From IMG/VR virus record IMGVR_UViG_3300035208_005974, positions 32,001-96,000 of that record: 64,000 nt of DNA. One strand, given 5' to 3'. This stretch comes from a virus. Lineage: Duplodnaviria; Caudoviricetes. Positions within the stretch are counted from its first letter, which is position 1. Every line of letters starts with the position of its first letter. A model generated the notes under the pieces. The model searched no databases and was not told where the DNA came from. It was given only the letters and a program-made list of their open reading frames with translations. The translations under genes were made by a program, and so were the position numbers. Shown piece after piece: positions 10,165 to 20,112 of this stretch.

Positions 10165-10503
10165 TTGACCAATATAGTAAGAACGCCCAAAGAAAATCTT
10201 TTGTTATATGACCAAATATCCAAATTGGATAGGTGGCATGTATTATCACCTATGGTACAATCAGTAATTGTTGTTAATATATTTGAAAAGGTAAGTTTTG
10301 CTGATATGCGAAGTATTACTCATATAGATAGATTAATAATTCGTGATAATTTACAAAAACTATTAGATTTAGGTAGTCTAGCTGGCGAATGGAAAAAATC
10401 AGAAAAGACAAAAGTATGGGAAATGTATTATTCCGTAAGTTATAATTCAAGAAGATTTGCTGATAATTTATTGATTGAATTAGTAAAAGGACTTGATGAA
10501 TAA
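10165..10503 (+). CDS. Winged-helix-like DNA-binding protein
   Basis: VSFADMRSIT...IRDNLQKLLDLG..YYSV; GGAGG then TTG 10165. Confidence 0.5.
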   Translation: MTNIVRTPKENLLLYDQISKLDRWHVLSPMVQSVIVVNIFEKVSFADMRSITHIDRLIIRDNLQKLLDLGSLAGEWKKSEKTKVWEMYYSVSYNSRRFADNLLIELVKGLDE

Positions 10504-10595
10504 TGCTAGACTTCATACAACCTTTTTCTGACCAACTACCATGATTTTATGGTCAATTATGGCTATACAAAAATACAAATACAGAAGATGATAAT

Positions 10596-11336
10596 ATGTT
10601 AGAAATAGATAAAATATATCAAGGGGATTGTTTAGAATTAATGCCCTTGATTCCTGATAAAACAATTGATATGATTTTATGTGATTTGCCTTATGGTATA
10701 ACTGATTGTAAGTGGGATAATATAATTAATATTGAATTGATGTGGAAAGAATATACTAGAATAATTAAAGATAGAGGTGCAATTGTTTTGACAAGTAGTC
10801 AGCCATTCACGTCAATGCTAGTAATGAGTAATTTGTCATTATTCAAATATGAATGGATATGGAAAAAAACAAAAGCAAGTAATTTTCAATTGGCTAAATA
10901 CAATCCAATGAAAATACATGAAAACGTTCTAGTTTTCTATAAAAAAACACCTATATTTAATCAACAAAATTTAGTTACCGGAAATTTTTATAATAGTAGA
11001 AAAGGCGGTAAACAAATGACACATCTAGCACATTTTAATCCTGAATATGTATCAAAAGGTAAAAATTATAATAAATCTATATTAGAATTTAATTCTGTTC
11101 ATAAACCATTTCATCCGACACAAAAACCAGTAGAATTATTTGAATATTTAATTAAAACATATACTAATGAAAATGATTTAGTTCTTGATAATTGTATTGG
11201 TTCTGGAACAACCGCAATAGCTTGCATAAACACAAATAGGCATTTTATAGGTATTGAAAAAGAACAAAAATATGTGGATATAGCAAATAAAAGAATAAAG
11301 GAAACGCCGATACCATTAGAAAAATTTATAGGATGA
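10596..11336 (+). CDS. DNA amino-methyltransferase (beta class, N6A/N4C)
   Basis: DLPYG, HPTQKP, DNCIGSGTT. Confidence 0.93.
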   Translation: MLEIDKIYQGDCLELMPLIPDKTIDMILCDLPYGITDCKWDNIINIELMWKEYTRIIKDRGAIVLTSSQPFTSMLVMSNLSLFKYEWIWKKTKASNFQLAKYNPMKIHENVLVFYKKTPIFNQQNLVTGNFYNSRKGGKQMTHLAHFNPEYVSKGKNYNKSILEFNSVHKPFHPTQKPVELFEYLIKTYTNENDLVLDNCIGSGTTAIACINTNRHFIGIEKEQKYVDIANKRIKETPIPLEKFIG

Positions 11337-11483
11337 TACCATGATCATTATAAACATTCTTGGATATTCTATAATAATAGTAAAAAGAACAAAACCCGTA
11401 TATTTTAATGAAAATGATTATATTCACAACGATCGCGGTTTCTATGACAAAAAAACAAATACTTTCCTGGACTAGATGATACA

Positions 11484-12140
11484 ATGCTTGTTAATGATAA
11501 ATCTGCTTATTATAGAAAGCAAACACCCAATGGTCGTTTCTATTTTAAAGATGAAATACCTTATCCGTCTGTAACTACAATTATTGGACACAAAAAGAAT
11601 CCCGGTAAATCAAGGGGACCTGGACCTAGTGCCCACATAGGAACCATTGTCCACAAAAAAATACTTGGTCGTTATTCCAAGAACGTATTACCAGTGTCGT
11701 GTAATCCCATCTGGAATATACCCAGGGAAGAAGTTTATGGCAGAATAAATCGCTGCATAAAAATGTGGAATGACTTGCATTTAAGTATTCAGCCGTTTTT
11801 TGTGGAAACATCGTTGTTTAATAAAAATCCACCGTATGCAGGTACTCTCGATATGCTAGCGAAAATTAGCTGCAATAACGACCTACTTGATATACACTTC
11901 AAAAAGGAATTATTTCTAATGGACCTGAAAACAGGCCTTCAATACTATGATAGCCATGTTGCCCAGGCAGCGGCTTATTGGCAAGCATTAAGAAGAAAAC
12001 CCAAAGTAATGTTTATTTATTTAGATAGCATTATAGACCGGAATCCAGAACAATTACCGGTGGTTAAAATATTCAGCCAAGAAGAACTAGAAAATGGTTA
12101 TGACTTATTTATGGACGACTATATAGATTTTGAATATTAA
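11484..12140 (+). CDS. PD-(D/E)XK exonuclease
   Basis: YPSVTTII, YAGTLD, MDLKTG, QAAAY. Confidence 0.85.
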   Translation: MLVNDKSAYYRKQTPNGRFYFKDEIPYPSVTTIIGHKKNPGKSRGPGPSAHIGTIVHKKILGRYSKNVLPVSCNPIWNIPREEVYGRINRCIKMWNDLHLSIQPFFVETSLFNKNPPYAGTLDMLAKISCNNDLLDIHFKKELFLMDLKTGLQYYDSHVAQAAAYWQALRRKPKVMFIYLDSIIDRNPEQLPVVKIFSQEELENGYDLFMDDYIDFEY

Positions 12141-12261
12141 AAATAAAGTTAGAAAAATACTTTTATGCCAATTACCTTGTTGGCAATTTCTTTGGCTTTT
12201 TGATCCTTATTCTTAATCTTTTTTGCTTCAGTTTTCACTATTTCATTATACTTCATGTAAT

Positions 12262-12385
12262 GTCACCTCAATTTCTACTAAGTACATATAGTACTTACTA
12301 TAATATATAACTTACGGTTGAACAACCAACCAAAAACTATTTATTCTCGGAAGTACTATATGTACTTGTTAAAAAGTGAGGTGAC
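12262..12385. promoter_or_regulatory. Divergent promoter pair, each with BRE-TATA, a 17-bp AAGTAC-N5-GTACTT palindrome and a GAGGTGA RBS
   Basis: Palindromes at 12280-12296 and 12351-12367; related cassettes at 39691, 41829, 59577 and 60119. Confidence 0.75.
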
Positions 12386-12390
12386 ATAAG

Positions 12391-12552
12391 TTGGAAAGAG
12401 TTTGGGCACAATATGGCCGGAAATCTAGAATTCCTGCTCATATCAAAGAAGAGTTACGACTCGCTGGATTCAAGATTAGGTCCAGAAGGACGTGGCTTAA
12501 CAGAACCCAGATTAGTGAAGGTTGCGAACACATAACAATCAGAGGTGATTAA
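12391..12552 (+). CDS. Small basic hypothetical protein (53 aa)
   Basis: TTG start after GAGGTGA, downstream of the promoter cassette. Confidence 0.55.
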   Translation: MERVWAQYGRKSRIPAHIKEELRLAGFKIRSRRTWLNRTQISEGCEHITIRGD

Positions 12553-12699
12553 ACATGGTACTCGGAAATAGAAAAGACATAATAGAATTGGATGAGCTGT
12601 CAGACGACTGCTTGAAAGCCAATTTCGGCTATACTAATGCTGGAATTGAGAATCTGAGAGACCAAGCGAATGAGGTTAGAAAAGAAGAGGCGATCTGAA

Positions 12700-13263
12700 A
12701 TGGAAACCTTTGAGGCATTCGCAGCAAAACGGGAATTTAACCCTCCATCACATAGCACCGAGATGCTCATGCTGGCCATCATGCGGTGTTTCCACCGCAA
12801 AGAAGAGATCCCGGAAAAGGCGCTTACTCGCCTCTGCACTCCGGAAGCATGGCAGAGGTTGAGGGCATGTGAGTTCATATCCTCATCCAACGGGATATGC
12901 ACTATCACGGGGGAGGGGCGCCAGGCACTAATCCGAATGGAACGGACGGAGATGCATCTGGCATCGCTAAATGCACTCCGTCACCGGGACAGGGAGTTGT
13001 ACGAAAAATACAGAAACAGCTTAATGTCGAGGAGGTGGCCTGGGATGATCGCTGATATCCGTGTCGTCCGTGATTGCGGGCAATACGCGGAAGGACCGAG
13101 TGGCCTCTCAGTGAGGGTGTGGGACTATGGCGAAGAAATAAATGAAATCTTCGTTTATGATCAAGAGGTACCAGTCTTCTTGGCGGAGATATACCATGCT
13201 CTGACCACGGAGCAACGAGCATCTCTGAATCAGATCATCGACGCGGAGGAGGTCGCTCCCTGA
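12700..13263 (+). CDS. Hypothetical protein in a GC-rich imported segment
   Basis: ORF with GAGGCG upstream; visibly higher GC than the genome background. Confidence 0.65.
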   Translation: METFEAFAAKREFNPPSHSTEMLMLAIMRCFHRKEEIPEKALTRLCTPEAWQRLRACEFISSSNGICTITGEGRQALIRMERTEMHLASLNALRHRDRELYEKYRNSLMSRRWPGMIADIRVVRDCGQYAEGPSGLSVRVWDYGEEINEIFVYDQEVPVFLAEIYHALTTEQRASLNQIIDAEEVAP

Positions 13264-13344
13264 TGCCCACTTGATCCGTCGTTTCCATCCACCTTTTTTA
13301 TGTTAACCAAAAAGTATTTAAACTCCTAAAACTAAACTATAACT

Positions 13345-14022
13345 ATGAAAACAATAATGAACCTAAGCGAAATATTTTATAGCCTACAAGGAGAAGGCCC
13401 TGCTGTAGGAAGGCCAGCTATATTCGTTCGACTCTCAAAATGTAATAGATCCTGCAAGGGATGCGATTCTCCACAGAAAGATAGGGTCGAAGAAGTTGAA
13501 ACATCTTCTGTGATAAGTCGTATCCAAAACTACCTGAAAACTTATCCGAACAGCCGAATAATTTTTACTGGCGGCGAGCCGTTGCTACAACCCACTGCCA
13601 TTTCTGAAATCATGAACGGTTTACCCGGTCAACTATTCGACATCGAAACCAACGGTACCATAAACAACCAGGAAGAACTATTTAAACGCTTCAATATTAT
13701 GGTTATTAGTCCCAAGAAGGATTGTTTTACTTCCTCCAAGGACCGCAATGAGTTTATAACCAATTGGTTAAAAATTTCGGATAGTGGCCGCAAAAACATT
13801 TACTTTAAGTTTGTTGTTGGTAATTTACCGTGGGCCTTCTTGGAAGCTGAAATCAAGGACATGTTTGAGAACACGGATCTAAATCCTTCTAGGACCTGGT
13901 TAATGCCTGCTGGCGATAACAACCAGAAATTATCAATATCCGGCAAGAATACCTGGAAGGTAGCATGTCGTCTTGGATGCAATTATTCCGACCGTCTCCA
14001 CATCAGATGTAATGGAAAATAA
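13345..14022 (+). CDS. queE: 7-carboxy-7-deazaguanine synthase-like radical SAM enzyme
   Basis: EIFYSLQGEG, CNRSCKGCDS, FTGGEPLLQ, IETNGT, ISPK, WLMP, RLH. Confidence 0.88.
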   Translation: MKTIMNLSEIFYSLQGEGPAVGRPAIFVRLSKCNRSCKGCDSPQKDRVEEVETSSVISRIQNYLKTYPNSRIIFTGGEPLLQPTAISEIMNGLPGQLFDIETNGTINNQEELFKRFNIMVISPKKDCFTSSKDRNEFITNWLKISDSGRKNIYFKFVVGNLPWAFLEAEIKDMFENTDLNPSRTWLMPAGDNNQKLSISGKNTWKVACRLGCNYSDRLHIRCNGK

Positions 14023-14096
14023 GCAGTGTTACCAAAACCTTTAAATACTATCAACGTTAACTTGTTTTAATAACATTTTTAGAAGGTTGTGATACT

Positions 14097-14801
14097 ATAA
14101 AGACAAGTGCAAAAACTCTAGCAGATTTTATAAAAAAAGTTAGCATAAATGGTGCCATACCCGAAGGCATACTTAAGTTTGGTCCCGAAGGCCTAACCCT
14201 GACCGTAAAAGATATAAGCAATTGCGGTGCAGTAACCGGCCTACTCCGGAAAAACGTTTTCTTGGATTATACACCAATGAACGTGCCAATAGGAAACATT
14301 CCAAGGTTGCTTTCTGTTCTAAATGCAATGTCCGGTAACGTTGAACTATCCATTAAGGAAAATGCATTTTTAATAAATTCCGACGATAATGACGCAAAAA
14401 TTATTATGGTAGACGAAAAATACATTAAATGTGATCTAGAAACTCTACCTACGTTGGCACACGACGGTGGTTTTGAATTTGATAGTAATATTTTTGTAAC
14501 CATCAAAAAGAATACAGCTACCTTGAAGTCAGAAAAAACTGGCATTATTGCAGAAGTCAAGGACAATGTTTTCTATGTTAAGACCGGCGAAAAAGAATCT
14601 GATGAACTAACCACCAAAACAAAAGTTGACTACAAAAACGTTAGAACCAAATATGGCATAACATTCCTGGAGTTTATTTCCGTGATAACTGGCAAAGTAA
14701 TTGTATCCTTTAATGAAGAATATCCGATACTTATTACTAGTACAGAACCTGATTCTACTATTAAGTGGATGGTTTCTCCGTTAGTTACTGAGGAAACCTA
14801 A
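14097..14801 (+). CDS. PCNA-like sliding clamp, probable ATA start
   Basis: In-frame extension IKTSAKTLADFIKKVS..EGILKFGPEGLTLTVKDISN..LLRKNVFLDY is PCNA-like; C-terminal YPILI..WMVSP; adjacent to RFC. Confidence 0.8.
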   Translation: MKTSAKTLADFIKKVSINGAIPEGILKFGPEGLTLTVKDISNCGAVTGLLRKNVFLDYTPMNVPIGNIPRLLSVLNAMSGNVELSIKENAFLINSDDNDAKIIMVDEKYIKCDLETLPTLAHDGGFEFDSNIFVTIKKNTATLKSEKTGIIAEVKDNVFYVKTGEKESDELTTKTKVDYKNVRTKYGITFLEFISVITGKVIVSFNEEYPILITSTEPDSTIKWMVSPLVTEET

Positions 14802-14825
14802 ATAAACTTTTTTGGAGGATATTAG

Positions 14826-15692
14826 ATGACATTGTTAGTAGAAAAATATAGACCACAAGATCTGGAAAGTATGGTTGGCTTACACCTTAACTTTGACATA
14901 GATGATGCCATGCCACACCTTTTGCTTTTCGGGCCACCCGGAACCGGAAAAACCACGTTAGCACGAGTCATTGTAAAAAAATTAAATTGTGATTATATAA
15001 TTTTAAATAGTTCAGATGAAAGAGGAATTGATACTATAAGAGAAAAAGTTAAAACTTTTGCATCGACTCGTAGTAAAGATTCTAATATTAAGATTTGTAT
15101 TCTCGATGAGTGCGATGCACTTACCTCATCAGCACAGGATTCTTTGCGAAACCTTATGGAACAGTATTCTAGTAATTGTCGTTTTGTACTTACGTGCAAT
15201 TACGTGAGTCGGGTTATTGATCCATTACAAAGCAGGTGTATTAAAATAGATTTTTCCAACATCAAAAAAGAAGATATTATAAAACGTTTAGAATTTATTT
15301 GTGAACAAGAAAAAATACCTTTTGAACACGCCGCAATAGAAAAAATTGTAGAACATAATAGTTCTGATTTACGTGCATCGATTAACAAAATTCAGGAACT
15401 AAAAGACGGTGTAACATTATCCAAGTTAACTAATGAAACCGTATTTGCTCAAACAATCTTTGATCTTCTAAAAAAGAAAGACTTTGTAAGTGCTCGGCAA
15501 GCCTATTTGGACAAGAATCCCGATGGAGAACAATTCTTACGGGACCTGGAAACTATTATCTTTGCCAGTACAGAATCAAATACCTACAAGAAACTAGCCA
15601 TCCTTGAAATTTGTGAAGCCTACAAACACCTAAAGGATGGTTCCTGGCCACAAATCATAATTGAAGCTATGTTCTACAAGTTAGTGGTGTAA
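14826..15692 (+). CDS. rfcS: Clamp loader ATPase (RFC small subunit-like)
   Basis: VEKYRP, GPPGTGKTT, NSSDERGID, LDECD, LQSRC. Confidence 0.95.
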   Translation: MTLLVEKYRPQDLESMVGLHLNFDIDDAMPHLLLFGPPGTGKTTLARVIVKKLNCDYIILNSSDERGIDTIREKVKTFASTRSKDSNIKICILDECDALTSSAQDSLRNLMEQYSSNCRFVLTCNYVSRVIDPLQSRCIKIDFSNIKKEDIIKRLEFICEQEKIPFEHAAIEKIVEHNSSDLRASINKIQELKDGVTLSKLTNETVFAQTIFDLLKKKDFVSARQAYLDKNPDGEQFLRDLETIIFASTESNTYKKLAILEICEAYKHLKDGSWPQIIIEAMFYKLVV

Positions 15693-15694
15693 AC

Positions 15695-16153
15695 ATGCTT
15701 AACTCCATGAAAGCACTAAAGTCTAATCACCCAGAAAATGTAGATCCAAAACTCATTTATCCATTGGTTCGATGGTGTTCGGGCTCTTTAAAAGACTTAC
15801 TTTGGTGCAACACGGTTAACCAATACCTATTTACTTGTGACCAAAAAATACTAACTGACTTGCTTTATCTTGGTATAAATGACAAGAATGCTTTCATTAA
15901 ATACCCTAAAGCCACAAAAGAAAAAGAATCCAAGGTTTTTGAACTCCAAAAAGACCTAGCAAAACGTTTTTATTTCTGGTCTGAACAAGAATGCCAACGT
16001 AACCTATGCAACTTTGCTTACATAGATTGGAATGAAGTTGCAATTGCTTTAGGTTGTGATACAAAGGAACGAAAGTTACTAGGCTTAACCGAAATTAAGA
16101 TTAAAAAAGAAGTCAAACAACCCAAAAAAGCAAAGACCTTGTTTGAATTTTGA
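15695..16153 (+). CDS. Putative second clamp-loader subunit (gp62-like or minimal RFC-L) with clamp-binding tail
   Basis: Directly follows RFC; ends KQPKKAKTLFEF, like archaeal RFC-L PIP tails. Confidence 0.55.
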   Translation: MLNSMKALKSNHPENVDPKLIYPLVRWCSGSLKDLLWCNTVNQYLFTCDQKILTDLLYLGINDKNAFIKYPKATKEKESKVFELQKDLAKRFYFWSEQECQRNLCNFAYIDWNEVAIALGCDTKERKLLGLTEIKIKKEVKQPKKAKTLFEF

Positions 16154-16159
16154 GGTAAA

Positions 16160-17362
16160 ATGAGTTTTTTACATACAATAATAAATGGTGATGCTTTGCT
16201 CGAGCTGCAAAAGCTGCCTTCGGAGTCGGTCGATTGCTGCATCACCAGCCCGCCATACTACGGCCTCCGGGATTACGGTGTAGCCGGTCAGATCGGACTG
16301 GAGGAAAGCCCGGAAGCCTATGTAAGCAAGCTTGTAGAGGTTTTCAGAGAAGTACGAAGAGTACTGAAGAAAGATGGCACGCTTTGGCTTAACCTGGGAG
16401 ATTCGTATTGTGGCGGAAAAGGCCAAAGCAATTATGCCTATCAGGAAAGGCGCACAAGTCCTTCATTCGAAGGTGATCAGCATAATATAACTGGAATGGG
16501 TCAGACCCGGCCAACGGATGGCAAGCATTCCGAAATCAAGCCTAAAGACCTGATTGGCATTCCTTGGATGGTTGCCTTTGCGCTCCGGGCCGATGGGTGG
16601 TATCTCAGGTCAGATATCATCTGGCACAAGCCCAACTGTATGCCAGAATCTGTGACTGATCGTCCAACAAAGGCGCATGAATACATCTTTTTGCTATCGA
16701 AATCTAAAGGATATTATTATGATATGGAGGCGATTAAGGAACCATTGCAAACCAACGCACCGAGGACCACAAAAAACGGTGAAGGAAATGGCGAACTTGC
16801 ACATGGCCATTTCGGGCAATCTAAAAATGGTCGCAATAAGCGCACCATTTGGACCGTCAACACATCACCATACCGCGAGGCACACTTTGCCACATTTCCA
16901 GAAGCATTAATCGAGCCATGCATCCTAGCAGGCACAAGCGAGAAAGGCTATTGCTCGGCCTGTGGTGCGCCTTGGACCAGGCATATTGAGAAATGTGCGA
17001 GTGTGAAGAAGATCAGAAATGAACCTTATGCGATTGCAAGTGGTAAAGGAAAACATGCTCAACTATTCACTAGGAGGTCATCATGTGCACAAACAATCGG
17101 TTGGCGTCCTTCATGTTCCTGCATCCTCGATTGTGCGTGGCCTGGCCCGCTTCCAGGGGTGGTCCTAGATCCATTCTTCGGAGCTGGTACAACAGGAGTT
17201 GTAGCAAAGAAATTAAATCGAAATTTTATTGGAATCGAACTTAACCTCGAATATTTTGCAATGTCCAAAAAACGCATCGCTATGATTTCGAAAAAATTAG
17301 ATAAATACCAAGAAAATAAAGTCAAACAAACCAAAAAATCAAAGACTTTATTTGACTTCTAA
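16160..17362 (+). CDS. DNA N4C/N6A methyltransferase with a zinc-ribbon-like insert
   Basis: TSPPYYG, HFATFP, DPFFGAGTT; CSACG...CSC insert. Confidence 0.93.
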   Translation: MSFLHTIINGDALLELQKLPSESVDCCITSPPYYGLRDYGVAGQIGLEESPEAYVSKLVEVFREVRRVLKKDGTLWLNLGDSYCGGKGQSNYAYQERRTSPSFEGDQHNITGMGQTRPTDGKHSEIKPKDLIGIPWMVAFALRADGWYLRSDIIWHKPNCMPESVTDRPTKAHEYIFLLSKSKGYYYDMEAIKEPLQTNAPRTTKNGEGNGELAHGHFGQSKNGRNKRTIWTVNTSPYREAHFATFPEALIEPCILAGTSEKGYCSACGAPWTRHIEKCASVKKIRNEPYAIASGKGKHAQLFTRRSSCAQTIGWRPSCSCILDCAWPGPLPGVVLDPFFGAGTTGVVAKKLNRNFIGIELNLEYFAMSKKRIAMISKKLDKYQENKVKQTKKSKTLFDF

Positions 17363-17400
17363 TACATAACTATTTATACCATAACGTTATTTATGCATAT

Positions 17401-17517
17401 ATGCGTATGTGGATGGTAGACCCGAGATTCATGTGCAGAGCCCATATTCTGGGAGAACATCGCGAATGTCACGCCCTAATTGGTACTATATTACAATCAA
17501 TCAATAAAAAATTATAG
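17401..17517 (+). pseudogene. Truncated pyrimidine-dimer DNA glycosylase (endonuclease V-like)
   Basis: MRMWMVDPRFMCRAHILGEHRECH, then a stop after 38 codons. Confidence 0.7.
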
Positions 17518-17554
17518 TGTATTTATTATTTTTAAAAACAATGTTGGTGATACT

Positions 17555-17761
17555 ATGTCGCAAGGTGTAAAAGAACTAGAGCAATATCGTAAGGATTTTC
17601 AACCATTATCACGAAAAGCCGCGATGTTAGCTTTTTGTGCTGACTGTATGAATTTATTCCAAGATGGTAACATTGATTGCGAAAACAAAAGATGCCCACT
17701 GTTTCCATTTAGGCCATATAAAAAGAATAAGTCCAAAAAAGAAATCCATTTGATGGAATAA
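17555..17761 (+). CDS. Small cysteine-rich protein
   Basis: GGTGAT RBS; CADC...C...CPLFPFRP. Confidence 0.65.
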   Translation: MSQGVKELEQYRKDFQPLSRKAAMLAFCADCMNLFQDGNIDCENKRCPLFPFRPYKKNKSKKEIHLME

Positions 17762-17762
17762 C

Positions 17763-18305
17763 ATGAAATACATTAAAATATCAAACAAAAATATGAAACT
17801 TAGATTTCATGGTTGTGATCCAGACTATATTCAAAGCGTATGTCATTCTTCATGTTGCAATAGTTCTAAGTATGGAACTATGATTACGATACATCCATCT
17901 GAAGAATGCAAAATTCGCGAACTTGGTTACGAGGTATCGAATGGATTGCTGGTATGCAAAGATTGTTGTGTATTCAAAAAAGAATTCTTGTGTTCATTGC
18001 ATAATACCGAATATAAGCCGTTTGGATGCATCGTATCACCATTTACTTTGAATAGCAACGATACATTAATTGTTCGAAATAGATACAAATTACTTAAATG
18101 TTATGAAAAATCATCAGGGATACCTGCATATATCGCATTCAAGGCATCGCTAGAATTATTATTTGAACAAGAATATTATAAAACATTATGTGATCATTTA
18201 GATATACGTAATAGTGATATAGTTTTACCAATAAAAAACAAAATTTATCAGATGCTTCACGACAATGATACAATCAAAAAGTTGAGGATACATGGGAAAA
18301 CTTAG
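17763..18305 (+). CDS. Cys-cluster (Zn or Fe-S, YkgJ-like) protein overlapping a methyltransferase gene
   Basis: C..CHSSCC, CVF..CSLH..KPFGCIVSPF. Confidence 0.6.
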   Translation: MKYIKISNKNMKLRFHGCDPDYIQSVCHSSCCNSSKYGTMITIHPSEECKIRELGYEVSNGLLVCKDCCVFKKEFLCSLHNTEYKPFGCIVSPFTLNSNDTLIVRNRYKLLKCYEKSSGIPAYIAFKASLELLFEQEYYKTLCDHLDIRNSDIVLPIKNKIYQMLHDNDTIKKLRIHGKT

Positions 18306-19509
18306 TGAAAAATTTGGATTACCTCCATTTTCTGTTTTTGATGCTAGACAAGGCGTATGGCAAGATAGGAAAAGGTGGTGGATAAGTCTTGGCATACAAA
18401 GTGAACTAGGTAGGGGTGAAAACTGCATGGACATGTCGATCCATGTAGCAGAAGATGGATTAAATTATTATAGAAAACGTCCGGAACTTAAAAATGGATT
18501 GCTCGGGATCTCAGAGCAAGCAAGAAGTCACTATAAAGGTGGCAATCCTCAAAAAAACTGTGCACCAGGTGGTTCATTACGTCCAGCCGCCAACTATAGC
18601 AATCGAGAACGCGGTGATGGAACAGGTAAACCAATCAAACATTACGCTAGGTGCTTTGGTCAAGACCTAATGAAAGGCGAAAACGACAAATTTGGAAATA
18701 GGCTTACATGGGTTGCTGGAAGTAGACCGCTTGATGCGCTGGACGATGTGAGCAGCAAGATTCTTGATGTTCAACCACAATCTGGCACTAGCATATTTGA
18801 TCCCGTTCTATGTGAATTACTATATAAATGGTTTACACCCATCAACGGTACAATTCTTGATCCATTTGCTGGTGGAAGTGTTCGCGGCATTGTAGCAAAC
18901 TATCTAGGATATCATTATACCGGTATTGATTTACGACCGGAACAAATTGCTGCCAATAATATCCAAGCAGATAATATCCTAAAAGACCAAGAAAAACCCA
19001 CTTGGATTATTGGAGATAGTAAAAATATAGACAATCTTATTCCTGAAACAACATTTGAAGGATTTCTGACATGCCCACCTTATTTTAATTTAGAATTATA
19101 TAGTGACGACGAAAACGACATCAGTAATTGTGACACATATGATTCATTTATCGATAACTATAATGAAATAATACAAAAATCAGTTGCAAAACTAAACAAT
19201 AATAGATTTGCTTGCATCGTAGTTGGTGACATTCGCGACAAGGCTGGATTCTACCATGGATTTGTTTGTGATACCATTGATGCTTTTGAAAATGCAGGCA
19301 TGAAACTATACAATGATGCTATACTAGTAACGGCAGTTGGATCGCTTCCGATTCGAGTTGGTCGCCAGTTTGGTTCATATAGGAAGCTTGGGAAAACACA
19401 TCAGAATGTATTAATTTTCTTCAAGGGTAATCCAAAACAAATACCAATTGATTTTGCAATGCCAGAATCTGTAACAAACGAAGAACAAGATTTGTTTTCG
19501 TTCACATGA
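18292..19509 (+). CDS. Phage-type DNA amino-methyltransferase
   Basis: SIFDPVLCE, DPFAGGSVRG, TCPPY, KTHQNVLIF. Confidence 0.85.
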   Translation: MGKLSEKFGLPPFSVFDARQGVWQDRKRWWISLGIQSELGRGENCMDMSIHVAEDGLNYYRKRPELKNGLLGISEQARSHYKGGNPQKNCAPGGSLRPAANYSNRERGDGTGKPIKHYARCFGQDLMKGENDKFGNRLTWVAGSRPLDALDDVSSKILDVQPQSGTSIFDPVLCELLYKWFTPINGTILDPFAGGSVRGIVANYLGYHYTGIDLRPEQIAANNIQADNILKDQEKPTWIIGDSKNIDNLIPETTFEGFLTCPPYFNLELYSDDENDISNCDTYDSFIDNYNEIIQKSVAKLNNNRFACIVVGDIRDKAGFYHGFVCDTIDAFENAGMKLYNDAILVTAVGSLPIRVGRQFGSYRKLGKTHQNVLIFFKGNPKQIPIDFAMPESVTNEEQDLFSFT

Positions 19510-20078
19510 GCAAGGATCGGGTCATTAATATGCGCGAAAATTACGATGTACAACGAAATTGGAGCAACCAATTTAATGCTGCAATAAAAGCGGTATTAAA
19601 ATCGTGCGTACCTTATTTGACTACAGTAAACACGTCATCTTTCGAGGATGATACCAAAAATTCCTTTGATTTTTATTTTGATACTGGTGGCGGAATTGCT
19701 GGACGAGTCAGACAAACCAAATACCTATCAAGATACGAAGATCTAACAATTCGTTCGTATGTGCCATATAACGGACGAAATACCGAATATCACAAAATCT
19801 TCGAACAAGGAAAATGTCGATACTACTTTTATGGATGGGGAGAAAATGGAATTCTATCGAAGTGGTATTTATTAGATTTGAACATTATACGAAAATATGA
19901 ATTATTCAAAAATATAAAAGACATTAAAAACTATGATGGAACGTATTTTCGTAGTGTGTCATTTGATGATTTGTTTATGTACAACGCTGTAATAGCATCA
20001 TCACATCAATTGCCATATCACAAAAGCATGGTAGATACACTTGACAATATTTATTTTTTGAATATTAAAAATGCATAA
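19506..20078 (+). CDS. Hypothetical protein, possibly restriction-endonuclease fold
   Basis: EDD..SFD..RVR..DLTIR..TEYHKI..YYFYG pattern. Confidence 0.45.
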   Translation: MSKDRVINMRENYDVQRNWSNQFNAAIKAVLKSCVPYLTTVNTSSFEDDTKNSFDFYFDTGGGIAGRVRQTKYLSRYEDLTIRSYVPYNGRNTEYHKIFEQGKCRYYFYGWGENGILSKWYLLDLNIIRKYELFKNIKDIKNYDGTYFRSVSFDDLFMYNAVIASSHQLPYHKSMVDTLDNIYFLNIKNA

Positions 20079-20112
20079 AATACCATGATTGTTTGCGTCG
20101 CGCAAGGAATAT

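Noticed and set aside
11484-12140. Cas4
   Set aside because: Lacks the four-Cys Fe-S motif; called a generic PD-(D/E)XK exonuclease
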